From a phage: a stretch of 44,793 nt of DNA. How positions within the stretch are numbered: the stretch's first letter is position 1; each line of letters starts with the position of its first letter. Of the stretch, positions 26,177 to 33,523 are shown piece after piece. The stretch lies in sequence record PZ445535.1. One strand, written 5' to 3'. The notes below the pieces were generated by a model. It saw only the letters and a program-made list of their open reading frames with translations. It did no database searches and had not been told where the DNA came from. The position numbers and the translations under genes were made by a program.

Positions 26177-26418
26177 TATTTAGTCTCCGTCATGCGAATC
26201 TCATTTTGTGGGATAAATTTGCCGTTCATCTCTACCCAGCAGGATCCGTGCCGCCACTGGGTGTTACGACCGGTTTGCTCCGCATACACAGTCACGCATT
26301 CGTACTTCTCGAAGTGATACGTGCAGGAGGAAGGCATAATGATGCAAAAAACCACTATTAGCACCATCCACACCCATAACCGCAAATCACCGTCGTAATC
26401 TAAAAAGAATCGTTTCAT
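26176..26418 (-). CDS. small membrane protein
   Basis: 80 aa; hydrophobic segment WVWMVLIVVFCIIM; RBS GAGGA 7 nt upstream; first gene after promoter at 26465-26493. Confidence 0.45.
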   Translation of the reverse strand: MKRFFLDYDGDLRLWVWMVLIVVFCIIMPSSCTYHFEKYECVTVYAEQTGRNTQWRHGSCWVEMNGKFIPQNEIRMTETK

Positions 26419-26435
26419 CGTCAAATCCTCATATT

Positions 26436-26462
26436 AAAAAGGGCGTTCCCTTCGGAACACCC
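26436..26462 (-). terminator. intrinsic terminator overlapping transcription start of next promoter
   Basis: On minus strand GGGTGTTCC-GAAG-GGAACGCCC hairpin followed by TTTTT; lies between promoter -10 (26465-26470) and RBS of gene at 26418. Confidence 0.4.
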
Positions 26463-26464
26463 TC

Positions 26465-26493
26465 AATATAATGCAACCAATCTCGCAATGCAA
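26465..26493 (-). promoter_or_regulatory. sigma70-like promoter (TTGCAT-N17-TATATT)
   Basis: Minus strand: attggTTGCATtgcgagattggttgcatTATATT; tandem motif copies. Confidence 0.45.
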
Positions 26494-26498
26494 CCAAT

Positions 26499-26822
26499 TT
26501 ATGCAAAGAAATTTGGATCGCTCATCACATCCACAAGATAAAGGTTGTTAAGGCGGTTGCCGTAGTGGCCTGGCGTGCGCTGACGGCACACAACAGCGTA
26601 GCCCGGTGGGATGGTATTTCCGGTTGCCAGAATCCACGCCACGCGCGCGCCGTTTAGTGATTTACCGTTGTATTCGATGCGAGTGCCACCATCGGCAGTG
26701 TTAAGGCTGCCAATCTTCTTACCAGTGGAATTGAGGCGGATAACGCCGGTCTGGCTATCGTAATTAAACAGTTGTTTGGTCAGTGCTACCGAAAAATCAA
26801 TTGGTTCAAAGATAGTGTTCAT
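26499..26822 (-). CDS. HNH_3-like domain protein (possibly degenerate)
   Basis: 107 aa; FNYDSQTGVIR...GKSLNGARVAWILATG...GY pattern resembles HNH/AP2-type N-terminal domains but the usual His residues are not evident; RBS GAGGA. Confidence 0.35.
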   Translation of the reverse strand: MNTIFEPIDFSVALTKQLFNYDSQTGVIRLNSTGKKIGSLNTADGGTRIEYNGKSLNGARVAWILATGNTIPPGYAVVCRQRTPGHYGNRLNNLYLVDVMSDPNFFA

Positions 26823-27535
26823 TTTAAATTTTCCTCATTGACTGCAATCGCGAAGCCGCGCGGTGTGAGCGACCTGATTAATTTAGTGCGGGCGGACTTG
26901 CCGCCGAGCAGACTATACTGCTTGGAGTACCCTTTTTCAACGAAAACAGGTCTCTTCTCCGGCATCCTGAAGCCGTTTCCAGTCCATAAGCAAGTCAGCT
27001 TCGGGTAGGAATCACGCGCGTTGATGTATTCCGGGAATAATGGGTGCACATCGTCTTCCGGCAGGTAGCCTCCATACTCCCACGGGTTAAATGAGTGGTC
27101 TGGCTTACGCCACTGGGTGGATAGCACACTGCGCGGATTCTCTATCATGTACGGCACCTCGAAGAAGTCACCGAGAAATGCCGCAATCTTCGCTGTGCGC
27201 ACTGCCTTAAGCTGAAAGGCCGGATCTTTCGCACGCTTGCGAGGGAAGGCAGGCGCACCGCTAACCGCAAGGTCCGTACACGGCGGAAAGGCGTAAATAA
27301 TATCGGGCGTGCCAAACCCACCCGCCATAGCGCGGTCAACGAAGTCCAGATCGATAAACACGTTCTTATAGCGAATGCCGCGCCCGTAAAGCCGGTAGTG
27401 ATTGTAGGAGCCGTGGTCGGCCCCGTCGAAGTTAAAGCAGGTGCACTTATGCCCCATCTCGGCAGCACGCTCGATCATAAGGCCGCTGCCGTCGAATAAT
27501 GACCAGATGTTTAGTATCCTAACTCGCTTATTCAC
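26819..27535 (-). CDS. compact DNA (cytosine-5)-methyltransferase-like protein
   Basis: 238 aa; motif I-like LFDGSG, PC motif AFPPCTDLAVSG, ENV-like MIENPRSV; GTG start overlapping helicase stop with RBS GAGG 6 nt upstream. Confidence 0.55.
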   Translation of the reverse strand: MNKRVRILNIWSLFDGSGLMIERAAEMGHKCTCFNFDGADHGSYNHYRLYGRGIRYKNVFIDLDFVDRAMAGGFGTPDIIYAFPPCTDLAVSGAPAFPRKRAKDPAFQLKAVRTAKIAAFLGDFFEVPYMIENPRSVLSTQWRKPDHSFNPWEYGGYLPEDDVHPLFPEYINARDSYPKLTCLWTGNGFRMPEKRPVFVEKGYSKQYSLLGGKSARTKLIRSLTPRGFAIAVNEENLK

Positions 27536-28992
27536 TTACGGCCTCGCTTCTTATCTTTCATGTAGTCCATCAATTCATCCTGGATGTTGCGCTTACCATC
27601 GCGACGGCTTGCCACTAATTCGTCGAGCGTGCCGCGGGCCTGGATAATGTAGACGAATACCGGGCGAGGGTGTCCGGCCTGCATCTGGCGCACCGGTCCG
27701 ATACGTTCGACGATCTGCGCGAAGTGCTCAAAGTTCCACGTATCCGAGAAGATAGCGAGGTGGTGTCCGCCGTCCTGTAAGTTAAGACCGTGGCCTGCCG
27801 ATGCCGGGTGTGCAAACATGATCGGAATCTCGCCCCGGTTCCACGCTTCCATATCCTTAACGCCTTGCTTGCCCTTACCCATTGCGACACCCTGCGGGAA
27901 TTTCTTCTTAAGGCGGGCCAGGTCGTGCTTGTACTGGTAGGCCACAAGCAGCGGTGCGCCGTTAAGTTCTTCTACGATACTTTCCAGGGCGTCTAGTTTG
28001 GCGTCGTGGATTTTCTCCCACTCGTCGGTACGCTCTCCGTCATCATCAACCTTATATACCGCGCCAGATGCAAGCTGGAGGCATTTAATAGTCTTAGCGG
28101 CAGCGTTGGCGGCTTCTACTGTTCCGCTCTCCAGTTCTGCAAATAGCTCGCTTTCAAACTGGTCATAGATCTTGCGGGCTTTCTTAGGCAGGTCAACCAG
28201 TACCGGCGTATAGATCGGCTTGTCGCAACCGAAGTATTCAGCCGCGTCAACGGTTAGCGAAATGTCAGCCAGCTTTGCGTGAATCTCTTTTTCGGAGTTT
28301 TTCAGCGGGGCGTGCTGCATAGTGAAGCTGCCAGGTGCAACCGGCTTACTGATAAACCAGCGGTCGGTGAATGCCTTATAGCTACTGCCGAGGCGTTCGC
28401 CACCGTCAACAAACCAGTTTTGCCCCCACACGTCCTTAAGCCCGTTTGGTGCTGGCGTGCCTGTCAGGTTAATCCAGCGCTTGACGTGCTTATGTGCGAT
28501 CGCCGCCAGGGCGCGGGCGCGTTTGCTACCCTGCTTGCTGCGGTAGCCTTTCAGCTTAGTCGATTCATCGGCAACTACGACCGTAAAAGGCCACTCATCG
28601 CCGCAATAGTTCACAAGCCACTCAACTACATCATAATTGACACACACGACGTTAGCGCCGCTCTCAAGCGCTGTAATGCGGTCCTTCTCTGGTCCAGTGC
28701 CGTCTACTACCTGAAGCGATGAGAAGCCCCATTTATCCTGTTCCGGGGGCCACGTACCGGACGCAACGCGCAGCGGGGCAAGCACCAGCACGCGGTCTTC
28801 TCCGTGATTCAGGATGCCGGTCTGGAACATCTTGTTTAGCGCCCACATGGTAGCGCCGGTCTTTCCCGATCCCATAGTCGCCCAAATATTACAGCGGGCG
28901 TGTTTAATGATGAAAGACGTGATTAACTTCTGGTACTCGCGCCTGCGAAAACGTGCCATCTTGTTACGCCTTTTTCCAGACTTCTGTTTCAT
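27532..28992 (-). CDS. SNF2-family ATP-dependent helicase
   Basis: 486 aa from ATG 28992 (RBS GAGGAA); Walker A MGSGKTG, motif II VVADEST, SNF2-type LTGTPAPN. Confidence 0.75.
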   Translation of the reverse strand: MKQKSGKRRNKMARFRRREYQKLITSFIIKHARCNIWATMGSGKTGATMWALNKMFQTGILNHGEDRVLVLAPLRVASGTWPPEQDKWGFSSLQVVDGTGPEKDRITALESGANVVCVNYDVVEWLVNYCGDEWPFTVVVADESTKLKGYRSKQGSKRARALAAIAHKHVKRWINLTGTPAPNGLKDVWGQNWFVDGGERLGSSYKAFTDRWFISKPVAPGSFTMQHAPLKNSEKEIHAKLADISLTVDAAEYFGCDKPIYTPVLVDLPKKARKIYDQFESELFAELESGTVEAANAAAKTIKCLQLASGAVYKVDDDGERTDEWEKIHDAKLDALESIVEELNGAPLLVAYQYKHDLARLKKKFPQGVAMGKGKQGVKDMEAWNRGEIPIMFAHPASAGHGLNLQDGGHHLAIFSDTWNFEHFAQIVERIGPVRQMQAGHPRPVFVYIIQARGTLDELVASRRDGKRNIQDELMDYMKDKKRGRK

Positions 28993-29179
28993 GGTGCCAA
29001 TTCCTCGTCGTAGCGGTCCAGTTAAACTCATGCCCTACATGCACACCGGTCGCCCGGAATCCTTTAAACTTCTGCCAGCACACGGTCAACGGCAGCGGTT
29101 CGCGCATTGCTGCGATATACCATACGCGATCGCCTGGTTTGCAGTCGCCCAGTGTGGTAAGGCGGTAATGTTCTTTCAT
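28964..29179 (-). CDS. hypothetical protein
   Basis: 71 aa from ATG 29179 (MKEHYRL...); RBS GGAGA 8 nt upstream; follows an intrinsic terminator; overlaps helicase start. Confidence 0.4.
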   Translation of the reverse strand: MKEHYRLTTLGDCKPGDRVWYIAAMREPLPLTVCWQKFKGFRATGVHVGHEFNWTATTRNWHHETEVWKKA

Positions 29180-29189
29180 CGTCATGTCT

Positions 29190-29215
29190 CCAAAAAAGGC
29201 GGGACTAGCCCGCCA
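29190..29215 (-). terminator. intrinsic terminator after zinc-ribbon gene
   Basis: On minus strand GGCGGG-CTAGT-CCCGCC hairpin followed by TTTTTT. Confidence 0.65.
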
Positions 29216-29221
29216 TGTTGA

Positions 29222-29395
29222 TCATTCGCGTTCTTCACGATAGCGGCGCTGCCGTTCTCGTTCGGCCTTGTTCCGGCACGATTTACACTGCGCGCGATAC
29301 CCATCCGGGCTACGTGCTGTTTTGCCAGTGTACTTATGAAATTGCGATAGCGGTTTAACACAGCCGCATTGGCTGCAACGTTTTTCTTCAATCAT
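29222..29395 (-). CDS. zinc-ribbon protein
   Basis: 57 aa from ATG 29395; CSQCGC...CKSC two CxxC pairs; basic C-terminus; RBS GAGG 8 nt upstream. Confidence 0.45.
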   Translation of the reverse strand: MIEEKRCSQCGCVKPLSQFHKYTGKTARSPDGYRAQCKSCRNKAERERQRRYREERE

Positions 29396-29425
29396 TTTAT
29401 ATGCCTCGTTAGTCCTAACCTGCAC

Positions 29426-29454
29426 ACTATAACTTTATGCGACCAATTCCGCAA
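29426..29454 (-). promoter_or_regulatory. candidate promoter (TTGCGG-N17-TATAGT)
   Basis: Minus strand: attggTTGCGGaattggtcgcataaagtTATAGT; overlaps last codons of VRR-NUC gene. Confidence 0.3.
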
Positions 29455-29713
29455 CCAATAAATCCGCGTCGTGGATGTTGTCAATTACCCGAACATCAGC
29501 CCCGCGCTTAGCCATGCGCTCATGTTCCCGTACCTGGTGCGGCTTCGGCTTGCCTCCGGGGCGCTTCACTTCGACGAATACAATCTTGCCGTTGATGATG
29601 ATAATCAGGTCGGGAGCGCCTGCGCGCCCCTCCCATGCCATCTTGCGGCAGAATCCGCCGACCGCTTTTACCTTTTTCATCAGGTGACTTTGCACCTTGC
29701 CTTCAGGAGTCAT
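29435..29713 (-). CDS. VRR-NUC domain nuclease
   Basis: 92 aa; PDLIIIINGKIVFVEVKRPGG...Q..EH pattern typical of VRR-NUC PD-(D/E)xK; ATGA coupling with upstream ORF. Confidence 0.6.
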   Translation of the reverse strand: MTPEGKVQSHLMKKVKAVGGFCRKMAWEGRAGAPDLIIIINGKIVFVEVKRPGGKPKPHQVREHERMAKRGADVRVIDNIHDADLLVAELVA

Positions 29714-29901
29714 TTGGTCTGCAATTCCACGTTACGCAGACGAAGGTCTACCGGTATATCCGACCGCCCGGTTAGCGCCAGCGCCAGGTTTTCAGGCGTG
29801 ACAAGTGCCGTAATGGTCTTGCCACGTTCCAGTCTAATGACGATTCGAATCTCGTCATTGTCCGTCGCGCCAGCGCGCATAATGCTCATTTCTGCTTTCA
29901 T
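29710..29901 (-). CDS. hypothetical protein
   Basis: 63 aa from ATG 29901 (MKAEMSIM...); RBS AGGAAG 7 nt upstream. Confidence 0.4.
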   Translation of the reverse strand: MKAEMSIMRAGATDNDEIRIVIRLERGKTITALVTPENLALALTGRSDIPVDLRLRNVELQTK

Positions 29902-29905
29902 AATC

Positions 29906-32197
29906 TTACTTCCTGTATCTGTACATAATGTCGCCTTCGGCGGCAAGTGGGAAGCCTTTCGCCCAAATAGGTAGGTCGCACATCAGCGCGCAAAGCTCCT
30001 CGGTCGTGTAGTCGTCGGTGTCCGGCACTTCTGTGATCAATTCGTCGTGTACTGACAGGACTATTTCATAGCCCGCAGCTTCAACGCCAGGCATGGACCA
30101 TGCGAGAATATCACGGCATAACGCCTGTACGATGTTTTCCGTCAGTTTGCCGCCGTAGGTATACTGGAAGCCCCACTGGCGCGTCGTCTGATTCTCGCCC
30201 TGGTATTTGATGCGTGTGCTAGTGCGCTTCTTGCCGGTGTCTTCGTCAATCTCGGTCGTGACAGACAGAGCGATGCCGGGGTAGCTCATGATGCGCCCCG
30301 ACGGCAACTCAATTTTCAGCCACCAGCCCGGCGCATCCGGGTCGTCCCGTTCATCATCAAACGTTGGGTCGTGCTTCGCCTTCGTGCGCATGATTTTAAG
30401 CGCTTGTTTGCCGTCTGGACGCACGTTAGCACCTGCCCAGTATGATTTACCCGGATTGCGGATTGCGCACAGCACAGCGTCTTCCAGTTCGGCCCAAAAT
30501 GCGACCGTTTCCGGGTGAGACTCACGCCACATACGCTTGATTGCATCACAGGTCAGCCACACGTTCTTCGGCAGGATGTAAGTCGGTCGCTCGTCCTTCT
30601 TGCCAGGCTTCGGCGGGCGCTTCGCTTCGTTAATCTTCGCGTACTCGTAACCGCGTTTAGCCGCGGCCCAAATATGATCCGGGAACGTACCCTTCATTAC
30701 GTCAGCCATCGTGTACAGGTCCAGACCCAGGTTTTTGGCAAACTGCAAGAACGCCGCAACGCCGCCGCCGTAGCCGAGGCCCAATTCACACGCCTTACCG
30801 ATCTGGCGGAGGTCTTTGCGGTTGGCCTTGATATAATCCGGGTCGAGGCCGAACATCTTACCGGCAGTTTCGCAATAAATATCGCGTCCCGCCTTAAAGA
30901 CCATCAACGCAGTTTTCTCGCCCGCAATCCAGGCAAGGCCGCGTCCTTCCACGTTGGAGTAGTCCGCTACAACAAACTTCTTACCCTTAGCCGGGATAAT
31001 GCAGCCGCGTACGGTCGATGCTGTCAGCTTAGATATGTCGTACGCCCAGTGTGCGGTCCCGCGTAATAGGGAATTGATGCCGTTGGTGAGCATGTGCGAC
31101 CGGACCCAAAAAGCGACGTCGCTCTCGCCTTCGCGGCGCTTAATCTTCCCTTCGTGATCGTCGCTATACTCGCCACGCGCCAGGTTTTGAGGCTGGAAGC
31201 CCTTACCGGCCCAACGCAATGTACGCTTAGCCCCGCCATACTGCAGACAACCACGGCGGCGACCATCGGAAGACAGCCCATTGACGAGCGGATTATATTT
31301 GGTCGATGCCGTTGATGACGCACCGAGGCGCATTTCAATCAGCACTTTGCCCTCGTCCGGGAAGTCAGGATCCGCAAGAAGGTCGTGCAGCGTGGATTTC
31401 TGCGCATTATGGATAGTGAAAGCCGGAGCAATATCGCGCAGCAATGGCAGGAAGTCGTTGCCGGTTAGCTTACCGCCAAACTTCTCCATAGCCTCTTCTT
31501 TCAGTTCTTCTTTGTGCGCTTCCACGGCTTTAATCGCGGCGTAGGCCAGTTTGGTGTCCACGTTAAAACCGCGGTCGTTGATCAACTGGTCAATTGCCAG
31601 TATCTGGTCTTCCTTCGGAGTATTACCCCAATCCGGGATCCGCCAGTACACCTCACGCATTGCGATGATGTCGTATTTCGCATACTTGAGGAATTTGGCC
31701 CACTCTTCAGGGTGAGTCTCGCGAGTGTAGCGGCGGACTTTGTAAGTCTTCGGCGTTGGCTTACAGAATCGCTTAATCAGCGCCTTGCCTGCTTTATCTT
31801 TCGCATGTTCGGCATCAACGCCCAGTACCTGGCACTGCATATCGAGGCTGCCAGGTAATGCGTGGCGAAAGGCCATAATCATGGTGTCTTCGATCTGGCT
31901 AACCGGCAGGTCAATACCCCACTTCTCGCGGATAACCAGGCGGTCAAACAGGAGGCCGTTAGCCATGACGATTTTTGCTTTCTTGCGGACTACCGCACGC
32001 AATGCCTTACGCAGTTCACTCGGCATCTTCGGCGATTCGGTAGCGTCCCACGTCTGCACGCGGCCCTCGTCTATGGCGTAGGTGCAAATCATAATCTCGG
32101 TGGTTGGGTGCTCCGCGTAGGCGTACGCCCCTACTTTCTTCAGGTCCACCCCGCTAAATGTCTCGGTATCGAGAAACAGGCGTTCGAAGTCTTTCAT
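29906..32197 (-). CDS. DNA polymerase I family (family A) with 3'-5' exonuclease domain
   Basis: 763 aa; N-terminal exo motif LFLDTETFS; polymerase motifs including LSVHDELITEV near C-terminus; RBS GAGGA 7 nt upstream. Confidence 0.9.
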   Translation of the reverse strand: MKDFERLFLDTETFSGVDLKKVGAYAYAEHPTTEIMICTYAIDEGRVQTWDATESPKMPSELRKALRAVVRKKAKIVMANGLLFDRLVIREKWGIDLPVSQIEDTMIMAFRHALPGSLDMQCQVLGVDAEHAKDKAGKALIKRFCKPTPKTYKVRRYTRETHPEEWAKFLKYAKYDIIAMREVYWRIPDWGNTPKEDQILAIDQLINDRGFNVDTKLAYAAIKAVEAHKEELKEEAMEKFGGKLTGNDFLPLLRDIAPAFTIHNAQKSTLHDLLADPDFPDEGKVLIEMRLGASSTASTKYNPLVNGLSSDGRRRGCLQYGGAKRTLRWAGKGFQPQNLARGEYSDDHEGKIKRREGESDVAFWVRSHMLTNGINSLLRGTAHWAYDISKLTASTVRGCIIPAKGKKFVVADYSNVEGRGLAWIAGEKTALMVFKAGRDIYCETAGKMFGLDPDYIKANRKDLRQIGKACELGLGYGGGVAAFLQFAKNLGLDLYTMADVMKGTFPDHIWAAAKRGYEYAKINEAKRPPKPGKKDERPTYILPKNVWLTCDAIKRMWRESHPETVAFWAELEDAVLCAIRNPGKSYWAGANVRPDGKQALKIMRTKAKHDPTFDDERDDPDAPGWWLKIELPSGRIMSYPGIALSVTTEIDEDTGKKRTSTRIKYQGENQTTRQWGFQYTYGGKLTENIVQALCRDILAWSMPGVEAAGYEIVLSVHDELITEVPDTDDYTTEELCALMCDLPIWAKGFPLAAEGDIMYRYRK

Positions 32198-32364
32198 TGC
32201 TTAATCCTCACTACGGCGTCAGCGCTGCCGATCATGGAGAAGATGCCGTCGGACATGGCGATCTCTTCACCGTTGTTGCGAATCTCGGCAACTGTGAAAT
32301 ATTCCCCCAGTAGCTTAGACCATACTTTCATTCCGACTTTTACTTCGCTGGCTTTAATCCGCAT
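32194..32364 (-). CDS. small hypothetical protein
   Basis: 56-aa ORF MRIKASEVKVGMKVWSKLLGEYF...; stop overlaps polymerase ATG (ATGA); weak RBS; not in supplied ORF track. Confidence 0.3.
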   Translation of the reverse strand: MRIKASEVKVGMKVWSKLLGEYFTVAEIRNNGEEIAMSDGIFSMIGSADAVVRIKQ

Positions 32365-32378
32365 TTTTCATTGTCCTA

Positions 32379-32404
32379 TTAAAAAGCCCGCATTAAGCGG
32401 GCTT
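32379..32404 (-). terminator. intrinsic terminator after SSB-like gene
   Basis: On minus strand AGCCCGC-TTAAT-GCGGGCT hairpin followed by TTTTT. Confidence 0.65.
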
Positions 32405-32422
32405 GAATAGTGGGCTTTGCCC

Positions 32423-33193
32423 TTAACGGCGGCGACGTTTACGTGGCGCTTCGTCGTCGTCCTCATCTTCGTCATCGCGTGGTTTACGACGTTTGCGAGG
32501 TTTTTCGTCTTCGTCTTCGTCGTCGTCATCGCGGCGCTTGGACTTTTTGGACTTACGCGGCTTGTCGTCATCGTCATCACGACGTTTTGACTTTTTGGAC
32601 TTACGCGGGCTTTCATCTTCGTCATCGTCGCCCAGGTCTTCGTCGGAACATGAAGACCCGCCACCGCCGAAGGCTTCGCCGTCATCACGGAAGCGCATAC
32701 CCAGCAGACCACAGCCTAAGCCTTTGCCGTTGGTATTGTTCCAGGCCCAAATATCTAAGGAAACGTTGCAATAGCAACCGGAATAGATTTCCTTCCCTTC
32801 GATTTCGTCGCCGTCGATGGTCAGACCCTGCTCCGTCTGCTTCTCGCCTTCGGAAGTCTGGATGATCGGCTGTTTGAATGATTTGGCATTGATGTACAGC
32901 TTTCCTTCAAACTCTTCCGTCACTTCTTCACGCTCGTCACCATCACGAACTGCACATTCTTTCGAATCCTGTGCGTAGTGGCGGTCCATCCACTTATCGG
33001 CGTTCTTTTCAGACTTCAGCTTTTCGGTGAGCACTGCGCGTGCCGCCGCTTCCACTTTGTCCACCTGCGGATCTTCTTTATCAAGAATAATCACCGCACG
33101 AAATGCCGGTTTTTGTCCATCCTGTTTAGGGGTATCACGCTCCCAAATTTTCAGGAAGCATACACGTACATTTTTCAGGTTGACTTTAGCCAT
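32423..33193 (-). CDS. ssDNA-binding-like protein with charged repeat tail
   Basis: 256 aa from ATG 33193 (MAKVNLKNVRVCF...); RBS GAGGAA 7 nt upstream; C-terminus built from 16-aa DDDDDKPRKSKKSKRR repeats; SSB assignment is from N-terminal pattern and context only. Confidence 0.45.
   Translation of the reverse strand: MAKVNLKNVRVCFLKIWERDTPKQDGQKPAFRAVIILDKEDPQVDKVEAAARAVLTEKLKSEKNADKWMDRHYAQDSKECAVRDGDEREEVTEEFEGKLYINAKSFKQPIIQTSEGEKQTEQGLTIDGDEIEGKEIYSGCYCNVSLDIWAWNNTNGKGLGCGLLGMRFRDDGEAFGGGGSSCSDEDLGDDDEDESPRKSKKSKRRDDDDDKPRKSKKSKRRDDDDEDEDEKPRKRRKPRDDEDEDDDEAPRKRRRR
32537..32609 (-). repeat. 48-bp tandem repeat in SSB-like gene tail
   Basis: GACTTTTTGGACTTACGCGG at 32541-32560 and 32589-32608 (forward strand); encodes two DDDDDKPRKSKKSKRR units. 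Confidence 0.7.
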
Positions 33194-33257
33194 TTTCCAA
33201 TTCCTCAATTTGCATGTATCGGGGTTATTAGAAGCCACCCCGTCCGGCTTGGTTGCT

Positions 33258-33286
33258 AATTTACTTGGTTGCGTTTCCGCGGTCAA
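33258..33286 (-). promoter_or_regulatory. candidate promoter for SSB-like gene (TTGACC-N17-TAAATT)
   Basis: Minus strand: TTGACCgcggaaacgcaaccaagTAAATT; motif copies CGCAACCAAG / AGCAACCAAG. Confidence 0.35.
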
Positions 33287-33289
33287 GCA

Positions 33290-33523
33290 TTATTTATCAA
33301 AAAGTTTTAAAATCAGGTCGAGATATTTGTGCAGCCACACCAGCGGCGGGCGGTGCACGTTGTTCTCCATCCAGTTCAAACAGGCTTCGTTGTAGCCGTC
33401 GTCCCATAGGCGGGATGGGTGGCGAATCATCCAGGCCAGCGCCGGCAGACCGCCGCAGGTATGTACTACGAATCCCAGTACCGCCAACGGCAGCACCATA
33501 ATCATTGCCAGAATCTTATTCAT
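33290..33523 (-). CDS. small membrane protein
   Basis: 77 aa; hydrophobic N-terminus MNKILAMIMVLPLAVLGFVV; RBS GAGGA 8 nt upstream. Confidence 0.4.
   Translation of the reverse strand: MNKILAMIMVLPLAVLGFVVHTCGGLPALAWMIRHPSRLWDDGYNEACLNWMENNVHRPPLVWLHKYLDLILKLFDK

Noticed and set aside
27532-29031. Upstream starts for the SNF2 helicase (29031 and 28959)
   Set aside because: Neither has a Shine-Dalgarno sequence; the ATG at 28992 has GAGGAA 9 nt upstream.
32423-33286. Longer N-terminal extension of the SSB-like ORF (start at 33286)
   Set aside because: The upstream in-frame start has no RBS and would overlap the predicted promoter; the ATG at 33193 has a GAGGAA RBS at 7-nt spacing.
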